Below, one piece after another: positions 17,340 through 26,997 of a stretch of 64,000 bases of DNA (position 1 is the first letter of the stretch; each line of letters begins with the position of its first letter). Source of the stretch: a virus. The stretch covers positions 6,454-70,453 of the IMG/VR virus record IMGVR_UViG_2872278132_000003. One strand, given 5' to 3'. A program made the position numbers and the translations under genes. The notes beneath the pieces are model-generated. The model saw nothing but the letters and a program-made list of their open reading frames with translations, did not search any database and was not told where the DNA came from.

Positions 17340-18902
17340 TTACGATGCCAGGGTGGTCATGTTCCAGGGCAGCAGGTCTTCGACCCGGTTGATCGGATGG
17401 CCTGCAATGCGCGTGAGCACGGTGCGCAGATACGCCTCAGGATCGATGCCGTTGAGCTTGGCCGTACCGATCAGACTGTAGATCGCCGCCGCACGCTCGC
17501 CACCTGAGTCCGCACCGGCGAACAGGTAGTTCCGGCGCCCGATCGCCACCCCGCGCAACGCGCGCTCAACTGGCAGGTTATCGATTTCCAGACGCCCGTC
17601 GTCACAGTAGCGTGTGAGCGCTTCCCACCGGTTCAGCGCATAGAGAATCGCCCGACTCGTGTCGGATTTGCGCGAGAGCGTTTCCAGCGTGGCACTCAGC
17701 CACGCATGGAGCTGATCGAGCAAGGGCCTGCTATGTGTTTGCCGGTACGCCTGTCGCTCATCGGGCGGCTTGCCTCGGATCGCTTCCTCGATCTTGTACA
17801 ACGCGCCGATACGCTCCAGCGCCTCGGTGTTCAAGGCATTCGGCCGCGCGGCATGCAGTTCATAGAACTGTCGCCGAGCATGTGCCCAGCAAGCTGCTTC
17901 GGCTACCCGCCCGGTTTCGTAAATCGCCTGGTATCCGCCATAGGCATCGGCCTGCAGCGTGCCGCTGAACGATTCGAGATGCTGCTGCGGATGGATGCCC
18001 TTGCGGTCGGCCGTATAGGCGAACCAGACGGCCGGCGGCGTCATGTCGGCTGAGTACCGGTCGTCGCGCACGTAGACCCACAGCCGTCCGGTTTTCGTCC
18101 TGCCATTGCCCGGCGCGAGCACTGGCACAGGCGTATCGTCGGCATGCAGCTTGGTGGCTGCCATGACGTGCCGGCGTAAGGCGTCGACCAGCGGTTGCAT
18201 CAGGCTCGCACCATGACCCACCCATTTCGCCAGCAGCGAGCGATCCAGATCGACACCCTCACGCGCATAGATCGCCGACTGGCGGTACAGCGGCAGATGG
18301 TCCGCGAACTTCGAGACCAACACATGAGCCAGCAAGCCCGGACCAGCCAGGCCGCGCTCGATGGGGCGGCTCGGCGCTGCAGCTTGTGCGATCTGATCGC
18401 AGCACGTGCATGCCAGTTTCGGGCGCACGTGGCGGATCACGCGGAAGCTGGCCGGTACATATTCCAGCTGCTCGCAGACGTCCTCGCCGAGTTGCTTCAT
18501 GGGGCCGCCGCACGCCGCGCAGGTTTCGCCCGATTCCGGCCAGTACGTCAGGATCTCGCGGGGCAGATGCTCGGGGAGCGGTTTGCGGGGCGCTTGTTCC
18601 GGTGCGGTACGCGGCGTCTTCGGAATCTCGATGGGGGCGGCGCCTTCGTCGGCCTCGAGCTCTTCCAGTCGCAACTCGAGCTGCTCGATCTGACGGTCGA
18701 GCTTCTCGGAGCTCCGGCCGAACTGCATGCGGCGCAGTTTCGCGATCAGCAGCTTCAGATGCTCGATCTCGGCCTTGGCGGTGGCGTTCGCCGCCTTGTG
18801 CGATTCGACCACGTCTTCCAGATGCCCAATGCGTGCATCGCGCTCAAGCAGCATGGCCTTGAGCGCCTCGACGTCGTCCGGATAGGCGTTTGCCGTGGTC
18901 AT
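17340..18902 (-). CDS. tnpC: IS66 DDE transposase
   Basis: [52 protein letters not shown]. Confidence 0.97.
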   Translation of the reverse strand: MTTANAYPDDVEALKAMLLERDARIGHLEDVVESHKAANATAKAEIEHLKLLIAKLRRMQFGRSSEKLDRQIEQLELRLEELEADEGAAPIEIPKTPRTAPEQAPRKPLPEHLPREILTYWPESGETCAACGGPMKQLGEDVCEQLEYVPASFRVIRHVRPKLACTCCDQIAQAAAPSRPIERGLAGPGLLAHVLVSKFADHLPLYRQSAIYAREGVDLDRSLLAKWVGHGASLMQPLVDALRRHVMAATKLHADDTPVPVLAPGNGRTKTGRLWVYVRDDRYSADMTPPAVWFAYTADRKGIHPQQHLESFSGTLQADAYGGYQAIYETGRVAEAACWAHARRQFYELHAARPNALNTEALERIGALYKIEEAIRGKPPDERQAYRQTHSRPLLDQLHAWLSATLETLSRKSDTSRAILYALNRWEALTRYCDDGRLEIDNLPVERALRGVAIGRRNYLFAGADSGGERAAAIYSLIGTAKLNGIDPEAYLRTVLTRIAGHPINRVEDLLPWNMTTLAS

Positions 18903-18931
18903 GCCGGCAGTCTACGCGGCGGCCGACAGGT

Positions 18932-19279
18932 TTACAACGCCGATGTCGGCTCCGTCGTGCGGACTGGTTGCCGCCAGTCGATACCTTCGAGCAGCATCGA
19001 CAGTTGCGCCTGGCTCAGGCACACCACGCCACCATCGGCACGTGGCCACACGAACCGACCGCGCTCCAGGCGTTTCATCAGCAGACACATGCCGTCACCG
19101 CTCCACCACAACACTTTGACCAGATCGCCACGCTTGCCGCGGAACACGAACACGTGGCCGCTGAACGGGTCTCGCTCCAGCACGGTCTGGACCTTCGCAG
19201 CCAAGCTATTGAAGCCCGAGCGCATGTCGGTCACGCCGGCGGCCAGCCAGATCTTCGTGTGGCTGGGTAGTCCGATCAT
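18932..19279 (-). CDS. tnpB: IS66 accessory protein TnpB (unrelated to IS605 TnpB)
   Basis: [10 protein letters not shown]...[20 protein letters not shown]...[11 protein letters not shown]. Confidence 0.97.
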   Translation of the reverse strand: MIGLPSHTKIWLAAGVTDMRSGFNSLAAKVQTVLERDPFSGHVFVFRGKRGDLVKVLWWSGDGMCLLMKRLERGRFVWPRADGGVVCLSQAQLSMLLEGIDWRQPVRTTEPTSAL

Positions 19280-19683
19280 GCTGTCGGTCCCGACGTGCCG
19301 CGCAACATACGGAGCACCAGCAACAGCGTGGCTTCATGCGGCGAGCCTTCGATGCGCACTCGGGTGTTGCCTACGCTGATCTCGATGGCGCCCGCCGGAG
19401 CGGCACGGGCGACCGGCGCCGGGGCCGGTTGCTCGATCTCTTGCGCCGGTGCCTCCACGGTCACGGGCAGCAAATCCACCGGATCGTATTCGCCAGCACG
19501 CAATGCTCGACGCCATTTGAACACCAGGTTCGGATTCACCCCATGCTCCATCGCCAGACGCGCCACCGATACGTCCGGCTCGCAGGCCAGCTTGGCCAGA
19601 TGCCGTCGAAATTCGATCGGGTGATTCGGGATGCCTTTGCGTGAAGTTCTCTTCGGCGTATCTGTTGCCACTTTGGTCCCCAC
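19276..19683 (-). CDS. tnpA: IS66 accessory protein TnpA (HTH)
   Basis: [21 protein letters not shown]. Confidence 0.93.
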   Translation of the reverse strand: MGTKVATDTPKRTSRKGIPNHPIEFRRHLAKLACEPDVSVARLAMEHGVNPNLVFKWRRALRAGEYDPVDLLPVTVEAPAQEIEQPAPAPVARAAPAGAIEISVGNTRVRIEGSPHEATLLLVLRMLRGTSGPTA

Positions 19684-19820
19684 TACTTTGGTGGGGTCTA
19701 CTCTGGCAACTTCCTTTCACATCGTCGAGACGGTGCTGGGGACACGCTTACGATTCAAGAAGCATCAGGTCATCAACCGGCCGTCGAAAACGGCCATCCC
19801 TCAACCGGAGTTTCAGTGAA

Positions 19821-22580
19821 ATGAATACTCTTTTTGATTCTCGATTCAATGAGGACTCCTACGCCGCTCGCGGAGCGCTCACTGAGCCCTCATTGACGGA
19901 AGGGAATGGAAAGGAATGGAAGGGAGTAAATACCCTAGCCAAGGAGGTATATACAGACCCTATTAGTACCACTGTGGGGGGCGGATTCGAGCGCGTCGCC
20001 GAAACCCTCTCCCTTGGATCGGGACGGAAAGCGGCTGAACTCGAGCTGCGCCCGTATCAGGCGGCGGCAATCCAGGGGCTGCGGCAAGGGCTTTCGTCAA
20101 ACTTTATGCGCCAGATGCTCTACGGCCCGACCGGCATGGGCAAGACCGCCCTGTCCGTTGGCTTGGTCAAGGGCGCTCGAGCGAAGGGCAAGCGCGTCGC
20201 GTTCCTTTGCAACCGGATCCAGCTCGTCGAGCAGGCATCGGCAGCGTTCCGCAAGTACGGCATCGACCACGGCGTGATCCAAGGCCAGAACAGCCGCCGC
20301 GAGTACGAGCACGTTCTCGTATGCTCGATCCAGACCGTCGCCAAGCGCGGCCTGCCGGACGTCGATTTCATCATCATCGACGAGGCGCACGGCGTCGCCG
20401 GTTCGAAGGATTACCGCGGCATCATCGAAACGTTCGCCGGCAAGCCTGTCATCGGCTTGTCTGCGACGCCGTTCGCGAAGGGGCTGGGAAAGCACTATGA
20501 CAAGCTCAACGGCCCGTTGTTTGAGCGTATGGTCATTGCGTCGACCATTGGCGAGCTGATCGAAGACGGCTATCTGGTCGACTGCGACATCTACGCTCCG
20601 TCCGAGCCGGACATGACCGGCTACAAGCAGGTTCGCAACAAGTTCGGCGAACTAGACTTCTCCGACATGGATGTCGGCGAAGCGACCGACAAGCCGGAAC
20701 TGATCGGCGACATCGTGACGCATTGGCTCAAGCTGGCGAAAGGCACGCCGACGGTCGTATTCGCGTCGAACATTGCGCACAGCAAGCACATCGTCGAGCA
20801 GTTTCTGGCCGCCGGCGTGAGCGCGGAGCATATCGACTGCTACGACGACACGGATGCGCGCCGCGATGCCCTGAAGCGCTTCGAATCGGGCCAGACGACG
20901 ATCATCAGCAATTCGGCTTTGCTCGCCGAAGGTTGGGATGCGCCCTTCTGCCAGACGTTGATCCTGGCCCGTCCGACGAAGAGCCTGATCCGCTACATCC
21001 AGATGTGCCTTGATGCGGAAACGGAGATCCTGACCCGCGACGGCTGGAAGCGGCACGAAACCATCCTTGAAACTGACGAGGTTGCTGTTTTCGACAAGGA
21101 TACTGGCGAGGCTCGGTTCGAGGTTCCGTCGCAAATCGTCCGGCGTCCGCTTGGTGATGAAAAGATGTTCGCCATTGATTCGCCGCATCTCGATCTGCGC
21201 GTGACGGCTGGGCACGAAATGGTGTGGGCCGCGCGAAAATTCGCGGCTGCGGGCCAGTGGCGGAAGACTGAGGCGTCGGAATTGGCGGAACGCAAGAGTC
21301 ACTACGCGATACCTGTCAGTGGTACGGGCGATTTTCCGGGCGTCGATCTTGCCGATGACGAAATCCGCTTTCTGGGCCTATTCATCACGGATGGCAGCAG
21401 GAACCGACAGACTGACCAGGTGTACATCTGCCAATCGTGCGCACAGCCTGATTCGCACCATGAGTACATCAAAAGCGTTCTGACGAACTGCGGCTTCCGG
21501 TTTGGAGAGTGCCGCATCAAGCGTACCGGCGATTTGGCTAAGTACGCCGACGTGATGCATTACACGGTCAGCAAGGGCATACCGAACCGTCTGGATGAGC
21601 GTCACTTGCGAGGCTGGGGCGATCTTGCGTCGTACATGGACAAGAACATCTGCGCGCTTCTGGATCGAATGACGGTTCGCCAGTTCGATATTTTCCTCGA
21701 GGCGCTCAATATGGGCGACGGAAAGAAGTTCCGCCACGTCAAGGATTGGACCCCGCAGACACTTGCGATCACGACTGGTGACAATCTGGAGATGGCGAAT
21801 CGCCTTCAGGCTATGTGTGTGGTGCGAGGATATCGCTGCAACATCGCGCGCCACAGCTACAACCAATCGCCGCTCTACATGGCGTATATCAGCAAGAAAG
21901 CGTATGCGTGCGTCGGCGGTTCGACCGGCGAAGAAGGCCGATCCCGTCTAGCTGAAGTTGAGTCCGATCCCGGCGAACTCGTGTGGTGTGTGACGACGCA
22001 GACCGGAAACATCTTCGTGCGCCGGAACGGGAAAGCCGCAATCGTCGGGAATTGTGGCCGCGTGCTCCGTCCGGCTGACGGAAAGATCCGCGCGCTGATC
22101 CTCGACCATTCCGGCACGGTCAAGAGCCTTGGCTTCCCGACGGACGACCTGCCGCTCGAGCTGGACGACGGCAAGCCGAAAAAATCGGCCGCATCGAAGA
22201 AGAAAGAGGAAAAGCTGCCGACCGCCTGCGTGAAGTGCTCGTTCATGAAGGTTTCGCACAAGTGTCCGGCCTGCGGGTTTGCCCCAGAGAAGCAGAACGA
22301 CGTGCACACGGCTGATGGTGAGCTCGTAAAGCAGGAACGCGGCGCGAAGAAGTCGAAAGCGACGCAAGCGGAGAAGCAGCAGTTCTATTCCGAGTTGCTG
22401 GGATATCAGGCAATCAAGGGCTATTCGGACGGCCGGATCGCGAACATCTTCCGCGAGAAGCACGGAGTTTGGCCGAACGCCATGCAGAAGATTGCATGCG
22501 AGCCGTCGCAAGAGACGAAGCGGTATATCCAATCGCGCAATATTGCTTACGCCAAGGGGAAAAAGAATGGGGCAGCCTAA
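19821..22580 (+). CDS. SF2 DEAH-box helicase with intein and C-terminal Zn ribbon
   Basis: LRPYQ, GPTGMGKT, IIIDEAH, GLSATP, LAEGWD, motif VI split QM/CGRVLR, CVKC...CPACG. Confidence 0.93.
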   Translation: MNTLFDSRFNEDSYAARGALTEPSLTEGNGKEWKGVNTLAKEVYTDPISTTVGGGFERVAETLSLGSGRKAAELELRPYQAAAIQGLRQGLSSNFMRQMLYGPTGMGKTALSVGLVKGARAKGKRVAFLCNRIQLVEQASAAFRKYGIDHGVIQGQNSRREYEHVLVCSIQTVAKRGLPDVDFIIIDEAHGVAGSKDYRGIIETFAGKPVIGLSATPFAKGLGKHYDKLNGPLFERMVIASTIGELIEDGYLVDCDIYAPSEPDMTGYKQVRNKFGELDFSDMDVGEATDKPELIGDIVTHWLKLAKGTPTVVFASNIAHSKHIVEQFLAAGVSAEHIDCYDDTDARRDALKRFESGQTTIISNSALLAEGWDAPFCQTLILARPTKSLIRYIQMCLDAETEILTRDGWKRHETILETDEVAVFDKDTGEARFEVPSQIVRRPLGDEKMFAIDSPHLDLRVTAGHEMVWAARKFAAAGQWRKTEASELAERKSHYAIPVSGTGDFPGVDLADDEIRFLGLFITDGSRNRQTDQVYICQSCAQPDSHHEYIKSVLTNCGFRFGECRIKRTGDLAKYADVMHYTVSKGIPNRLDERHLRGWGDLASYMDKNICALLDRMTVRQFDIFLEALNMGDGKKFRHVKDWTPQTLAITTGDNLEMANRLQAMCVVRGYRCNIARHSYNQSPLYMAYISKKAYACVGGSTGEEGRSRLAEVESDPGELVWCVTTQTGNIFVRRNGKAAIVGNCGRVLRPADGKIRALILDHSGTVKSLGFPTDDLPLELDDGKPKKSAASKKKEEKLPTACVKCSFMKVSHKCPACGFAPEKQNDVHTADGELVKQERGAKKSKATQAEKQQFYSELLGYQAIKGYSDGRIANIFREKHGVWPNAMQKIACEPSQETKRYIQSRNIAYAKGKKNGAA
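21006..22052 (+). mobile_element. Intein (349 aa) with LAGLIDADG-like homing endonuclease
   Basis: Starts CLDAETEILTRDGWK, block B VTAGHEM, ends VWCVTTQTGNIFVRRNGKAAIVGN followed by Cys; FLGLFITDGS and FLEALNMGDG helices. Confidence 0.93.
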
Positions 22581-23223
22581 ACATCTTGATCTCGCCGGCC
22601 AAAAATTCGGCCGATTGACCGCCATCGCATTCGATAGCGAAAAGACGACCCGTAAAGCTTATTGGGTTTGCAAGTGCGATTGCGGCACGGTCAAATCAGT
22701 TCGCTCCGACCTTCTCAAGCGCGGGACTACTGTTTCATGCGGCTGTTTCAGCGTCGAAAATGCAAAGCGCGTTCACACGAAGCACGGCATGTATAAGTCT
22801 CCCGAGTATCAGGCATGGGTGAACATGCGCGCGAGGTGTTACGACAGTAAAAGCCGTCATTACAAGAATTACGGCGGCCGGGGGATCGGAGTATGCACTG
22901 AATGGCGCGAGTCATTCGATGCTTTCTTTGCTGAAGTCGGTTTGCGGCCAAGCGACGATCATGAGTTGGACCGCGAGGAAAACGACAAGGACTATATGCC
23001 CGGCAATGTCCGCTGGGTTATTAGGCCCGAAAACCAGAAGAACCGCCGATGCAGCAAGAATTGGATTATAGAAGGACGACTGTTTGAAACGATGCGCGAT
23101 GCTGCAACCGAATTTGGTGTTCATCCGTCGACCATTCAAAAGTGGTGCGATGGATTGCAAGTGGGCAACCGATTCTATCCGCCTAAAGCCAACTGTCGCT
23201 CGGAGTTGCGCAATGGCCAATAG
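22567..23223 (+). CDS. HNH-type homing endonuclease-like protein
   Basis: GQKFGRLT, CKCDCG, SCGC, YKNYGGRGIGVC, ELDREEND..Y.PGNVRW. Confidence 0.85.
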   Translation: MGQPKHLDLAGQKFGRLTAIAFDSEKTTRKAYWVCKCDCGTVKSVRSDLLKRGTTVSCGCFSVENAKRVHTKHGMYKSPEYQAWVNMRARCYDSKSRHYKNYGGRGIGVCTEWRESFDAFFAEVGLRPSDDHELDREENDKDYMPGNVRWVIRPENQKNRRCSKNWIIEGRLFETMRDAATEFGVHPSTIQKWCDGLQVGNRFYPPKANCRSELRNGQ

Positions 23224-24106
23224 CAATGTCGCGGAACTCGCCTATGGGCGCTGGCCTGGAATCCTCGTCACGCTCGGCATAGATCCGAAATTCCTGTCTA
23301 ACAGACATGGCCCCTGTCCTCTCTGCGGGGGTCGTGATCGTTGGCGCTTTGATGACAAGGGTCGCGGAACTTGGTACTGCACACACGATGGTGCAGGCGA
23401 CGGAATTTCGTTGCTGCAAAAACTTAAAGGCTGGGATTTCAAAGAGACCGCGCGCCAAGTTGAGGCAATTATCGGCGTCGTTCCGAAGTCCGCCCCACGT
23501 CATGAATTCACAGACGAGCAAAAGCAACAGGCTTTGCGCAAGGCATGGAAAGAATCCCGCCCCGTGACGAAGGGCGATCCGGTGTGGACGTACCTGAACC
23601 GCCGGACTGGCATCGAAGAGGTTTCGAGCGCGATCCGGTTTCACCCGAACCTGCGCTATGACGCAACGCGATCGTTTCCGGCGATGTTAGCGACGGTGAC
23701 AATGCCCAACGGCAAAGCGTCGACGATGCATCGCACTTGGCTAAATGGCGAAGGAGGAAAAGCTCCGGTTGATGAGCCTAAGAAAGTTATGGCTGGCACG
23801 ATTAAAACGGGCGCCATTCGCCTGACAGACACATGTGAATGTCTTGGCATCGCCGAAGGAATCGAAACGGCTCTGCGTGCCTCAGTGCGATTCGGCGTGC
23901 CAACGTGGGCAGCAATCTCAGCGGGCGGCCTGCGTGATTGGGAAGTTCCAGAGGGCGTCAAACACGTAATTGTGTTCGGAGATAACGACGCAAACTTTAC
24001 CGGGCAGAGTGCGGCGTTCTCTTTGGGGCATCGTCTGGCGATGAGTGGTCTGACCACGGAGGTTTTCATTCCTGAGCAAACCGGAACGGATTGGGCTGAT
24101 GAATGA
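23213..24106 (+). CDS. Primase (P4 alpha-type Zn-binding + TOPRIM)
   Basis: HGPCPLCGGRDRWRFDD, GAGDG, IAEGIETAL, VIVFGDND. Confidence 0.9.
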   Translation: MANSNVAELAYGRWPGILVTLGIDPKFLSNRHGPCPLCGGRDRWRFDDKGRGTWYCTHDGAGDGISLLQKLKGWDFKETARQVEAIIGVVPKSAPRHEFTDEQKQQALRKAWKESRPVTKGDPVWTYLNRRTGIEEVSSAIRFHPNLRYDATRSFPAMLATVTMPNGKASTMHRTWLNGEGGKAPVDEPKKVMAGTIKTGAIRLTDTCECLGIAEGIETALRASVRFGVPTWAAISAGGLRDWEVPEGVKHVIVFGDNDANFTGQSAAFSLGHRLAMSGLTTEVFIPEQTGTDWADE

Positions 24107-24314
24107 AGCAAAAATTTGCAGAACCTGCAAGAACGCAAACATGACACCCGGCTATAGAGAGCACTACAAGCGCGGACTAAGGAATTGTAAGCATCGCCCC
24201 GTATGGGTGTTCGTCGTGGGCGGTCAGACGTGCGAGAAATGGGCGGCTAAGTAAGCAGCGTCCATAGCCGAAACAGCTTCAAGCGAAGCGCATAGGACTA
24301 CGAAGGAGGGGCGG

Positions 24315-24725
24315 ATGGGGATGAAGTCACGAACGAAGGGCAAGGTTGGCGAAAGGGAGATCGCCGCCATCGTGCGAGACCTGACGGGGTGGGAAGTCAA
24401 GAGACGCGTTCGTCAACTTGATGGGGAAGCCGACCTCGAAGGCATTCCAAATTTCACTCCCGAGGTCAAACGGCATGCGACAGCGACGCGGGCCGAAATC
24501 GCCGGTTGGTGGGATCAGGCAGTCAAGCAAGCAAAGGCCGAACAGCGCGTGCCGGTTTTGTTCTTCCGCAAAGACCGCGATGAATGGCGCGCGGTTTGGC
24601 CGTCAGCGGGGTTGGTTGATGACGCTGGCGGTGATTGGCCTGGCTACGAATGGACGATCGAGGGATCGATTGATGTTTGGGCAGCGCATGCGCGCGAAAT
24701 GGCGGCGACGTTAGGAGGTGTGTGA
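24315..24725 (+). CDS. Putative PD-(D/E)XK Holliday junction resolvase
   Basis: SRTKGKVGERE...ADL...EVKR...WWDQA...PVLFFR. Confidence 0.7.
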   Translation: MGMKSRTKGKVGEREIAAIVRDLTGWEVKRRVRQLDGEADLEGIPNFTPEVKRHATATRAEIAGWWDQAVKQAKAEQRVPVLFFRKDRDEWRAVWPSAGLVDDAGGDWPGYEWTIEGSIDVWAAHAREMAATLGGV

Positions 24726-25222
24726 TGGCAGCAAGTAAGAAGCGTAAGGGGGCGAAGAAATACGATGCTGGTCGCTGGCTCGCGCGTTCAGTATCGCATG
24801 CCGAATGCCGCCGCGATGCTAATCCGCTTAAAGACGATCAGCAACGCGATCTAGCTCTTTGCTACCACATGTCATTTGAGAACATGCTCAAGCGTGGCAA
24901 CGAAGAGGATTGGTATGTGCTGGCCGCAACGATGAACGTCGCCCTTGTTCTCGCAGAACAAGGTTACGGCAAAGAATACATCTCCGAGATCAAGAGCGCT
25001 ATGGAATCGTTGATGAATGTGGAATATCGCGCCGATCACACGGGGCAATGGGCTTTTGATGGTGCCGGCATTCAGCATATGCGCGTTGCGCTCGGACTGC
25101 ACGACCAGCAATGCGCGCTTGCGAGCGGAGGCGAGATCAAGAAGGTTCTCAAGACCATCATTGAGCGTGCTAATGCTGGATACATGTACGCCGCGACGGA
25201 ATGCCAACTGGAGGCCGCGTAA
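24725..25222 (+). CDS. Hypothetical phage protein
   Basis: GGAGG SD; coupled ORF. Confidence 0.7.
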   Translation: MAASKKRKGAKKYDAGRWLARSVSHAECRRDANPLKDDQQRDLALCYHMSFENMLKRGNEEDWYVLAATMNVALVLAEQGYGKEYISEIKSAMESLMNVEYRADHTGQWAFDGAGIQHMRVALGLHDQQCALASGGEIKKVLKTIIERANAGYMYAATECQLEAA

Positions 25223-25968
25223 TGGACGCACCGATGTGGACTGAAGAACAAGATGCGATCTTGCGCGAGAACTGGCTGAACAATCGGGATGCAATCTCGA
25301 AGTGGGCTCATTTGATTCCGGGTCGCACGAGAAACGGCATTTCGAAGCGAGCCGAATATCTCGGCCTCGGTAACCGCATGGACGAGCGCGCATGGTCGAA
25401 GGAAGAAGATGACCGACTGCGAGAAGCATGGAACTCGCCCGGCCCGTTGAAATGGAAATTGGATCAGTTTCCGGATCGCACTTGGCCTGCATTGTGCAAT
25501 CGTGGTGCATTTCTCGGGTTGCCGAGACGTACGGACAAGCGAGTTATCGGAACAAATGTCTCATGGACGGAGGGCGATCTCGTGAAAGCGTTGACGGATT
25601 CCGATCCGCTCACGGTCAAGGATCTCGTGCGGGTAACCGGGCTATCAGCGTCTAATCTGCAGCGCCTGTTAAACGCCGGCCACGGCAAAAAGTACCGAAT
25701 CGCCGAATGGACCAGAAATCGATTCACGGGATGCGGCGCTTACTGGCCGAAATGGGAACTCGGATCCGGGCCAGATGCCAAGAAACCTGCGAATCAGACT
25801 CGCGCCGAGCGCAATGCCCGCGTGCGAGCGAAGCGCCGCGTCAAGGCTGCGCAAAACAACCCGTTCCTTGTGGCGGCCGGCCTTATCGAGGCACCGAAGC
25901 TCGGCAAGGGACGAGTGTTCAGGCAAGACATGGTGATCCATCTGCACGATGAACTGGAGGAAGCTTGA
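25222..25968 (+). CDS. Hypothetical protein with Myb-like WTxEED repeats and HTH
   Basis: WTEEQDAILR...GRTRNGI and WSKEEDDRLR...DRTWPAL. Confidence 0.65.
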   Translation: MDAPMWTEEQDAILRENWLNNRDAISKWAHLIPGRTRNGISKRAEYLGLGNRMDERAWSKEEDDRLREAWNSPGPLKWKLDQFPDRTWPALCNRGAFLGLPRRTDKRVIGTNVSWTEGDLVKALTDSDPLTVKDLVRVTGLSASNLQRLLNAGHGKKYRIAEWTRNRFTGCGAYWPKWELGSGPDAKKPANQTRAERNARVRAKRRVKAAQNNPFLVAAGLIEAPKLGKGRVFRQDMVIHLHDELEEA

Positions 25969-26276
25969 AAATTTATCTGAGTGGCCCCATCACCGATATC
26001 CCGCAAGGAAATCGCCCGTTGTTCGAATCCGAAACGGCACGCCTTCGCGCGTTGGGTTACGACGTTGTGAACCCGTGGGAACTGAACCCTGCCGAAGACG
26101 CCGACTGGATGGATTGCATGCTGGTCGATCTGCCGGCCGTGAAGTCGTGTCATGCGATCGCCCTGCTGCCTGGTTGGATCTTCTCAAACGGCGCGCAAAT
26201 GGAGTACATCACGGCGCGGAAGTATGGGCTTGTCGTGCTGCATGCGGCGGATATCGTTGATCGGGTGGCGGCATGA
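25965..26276 (+). CDS. DUF4406 (nucleoside deoxyribosyltransferase-like fold)
   Basis: KIYLSGPIT...VVNP...CHAIALLPGWIFSNGAQME. Confidence 0.85.
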   Translation: MKIYLSGPITDIPQGNRPLFESETARLRALGYDVVNPWELNPAEDADWMDCMLVDLPAVKSCHAIALLPGWIFSNGAQMEYITARKYGLVVLHAADIVDRVAA

Positions 26277-26773
26277 CGAAACCGGCCAATCCCAAGGACG
26301 CTATCGCGACAAACAAGCTCCCGAGCCATTTGGTCTCGCCCGTCGTCAAGGCATATCAAGCCATCGCCCACTATCTCGGCAATGCTAAGTACGGCGCGTG
26401 GAACTACCGGGCAGCCGGCGCTCGGGCATCGGTGTATCGCGCTGCGCTTGATCGCCATATGGATGCATGGTGGGAAGGCGAAGAATTTGATCCCGCTGAT
26501 GGAACGCCTCACCTTGCGAATGCTCTTGCCTGCATCGGCATTCTTCTAGATGCCAAGCATTCGGGAAAGTTGATCGATGATCGGCCGCCAAGTCTGCATG
26601 GCGAACTGGCAAAGGTGCGTGCCGACTTCGAAGCGTTGATGCCGAAGATTCGTGAGCAATACGCTGATCGCGACCCGCACCACTACACCATCGCTGATAC
26701 GGGCCTCGCCGAACACGCATCCCGCGAAGACGACGCACGCCTGATCGCAGATAGTAACGCGGAGGCGGCCTAG
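26273..26773 (+). CDS. dATP/dGTP diphosphohydrolase-domain protein (DUF5664-like)
   Basis: NPKDAI...GNAKYGAWNYR...ALDRHMDAWWEGEEFDPADGTPHLANALAC. Confidence 0.85.
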   Translation: MTKPANPKDAIATNKLPSHLVSPVVKAYQAIAHYLGNAKYGAWNYRAAGARASVYRAALDRHMDAWWEGEEFDPADGTPHLANALACIGILLDAKHSGKLIDDRPPSLHGELAKVRADFEALMPKIREQYADRDPHHYTIADTGLAEHASREDDARLIADSNAEAA

Positions 26774-26775
26774 CA

Positions 26776-26997
26776 ATGCAATCCCGTCGAGTCTCGATGA
26801 TCGAAGCAGGAACGAGCGCGATAGCTGGCTGCGTTCTGAGCATCATTACGAACTATATCGTTCTGCCCCGCTACGGCATGAGGGTGAGCCTGATCGACAA
26901 CGTGAGCTTGACGGGGATTTTTACGGCGGTCTCCTTCCTTAAATCATATGGAATCAGGAGACTGTTTGCCAACTTGAGGAAAAAGGAGCAACGATGA
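26776..26997 (+). CDS. Small two-helix membrane protein
   Basis: MQSRRVSMIEA...IFTAVSFLKSYGIRRLF. Confidence 0.7.
   Translation: MQSRRVSMIEAGTSAIAGCVLSIITNYIVLPRYGMRVSLIDNVSLTGIFTAVSFLKSYGIRRLFANLRKKEQR

Larger units (their letters stand above)
16667..19751 (-). mobile_element. IS66-family element (3085 bp) with passenger gene and 8-bp target duplication
   Basis: Terminal inverted repeats begin GTAAGCGTG at both ends; GATTCAAG duplicated at 16659-16666 and 19752-19759; tnpA-tnpB-tnpC order. Confidence 0.97.
16394..19819 (+). pseudogene. Phage replication-initiator N-terminal domain gene interrupted by IS66
   Basis: MARIRTIKPDFWTDEK...ARLLFIGCWNFADDNG...HIHGFK (16394-16666) resumes in frame after the element as KHQVINRPSKTAIPQPEFQ* (19760-19819). 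Confidence 0.9.

Noticed and set aside
18932..19279. IS66 TnpB as another RNA-guided nuclease
   Set aside because: Same name only; it is the small IS66 accessory protein without RuvC.
19641..19820. N-terminal 60 aa of the 979-aa ORF call
   Set aside because: It begins inside the IS66 end; the plausible start is ATG 19821 or a fusion to the initiator.
1..26773. 2-aminoadenine (Z-genome) pathway suggested by DUF550 and the dATP/dGTP hydrolase
   Set aside because: No PurZ, HD-domain dATPase or DNA polymerase in the window.
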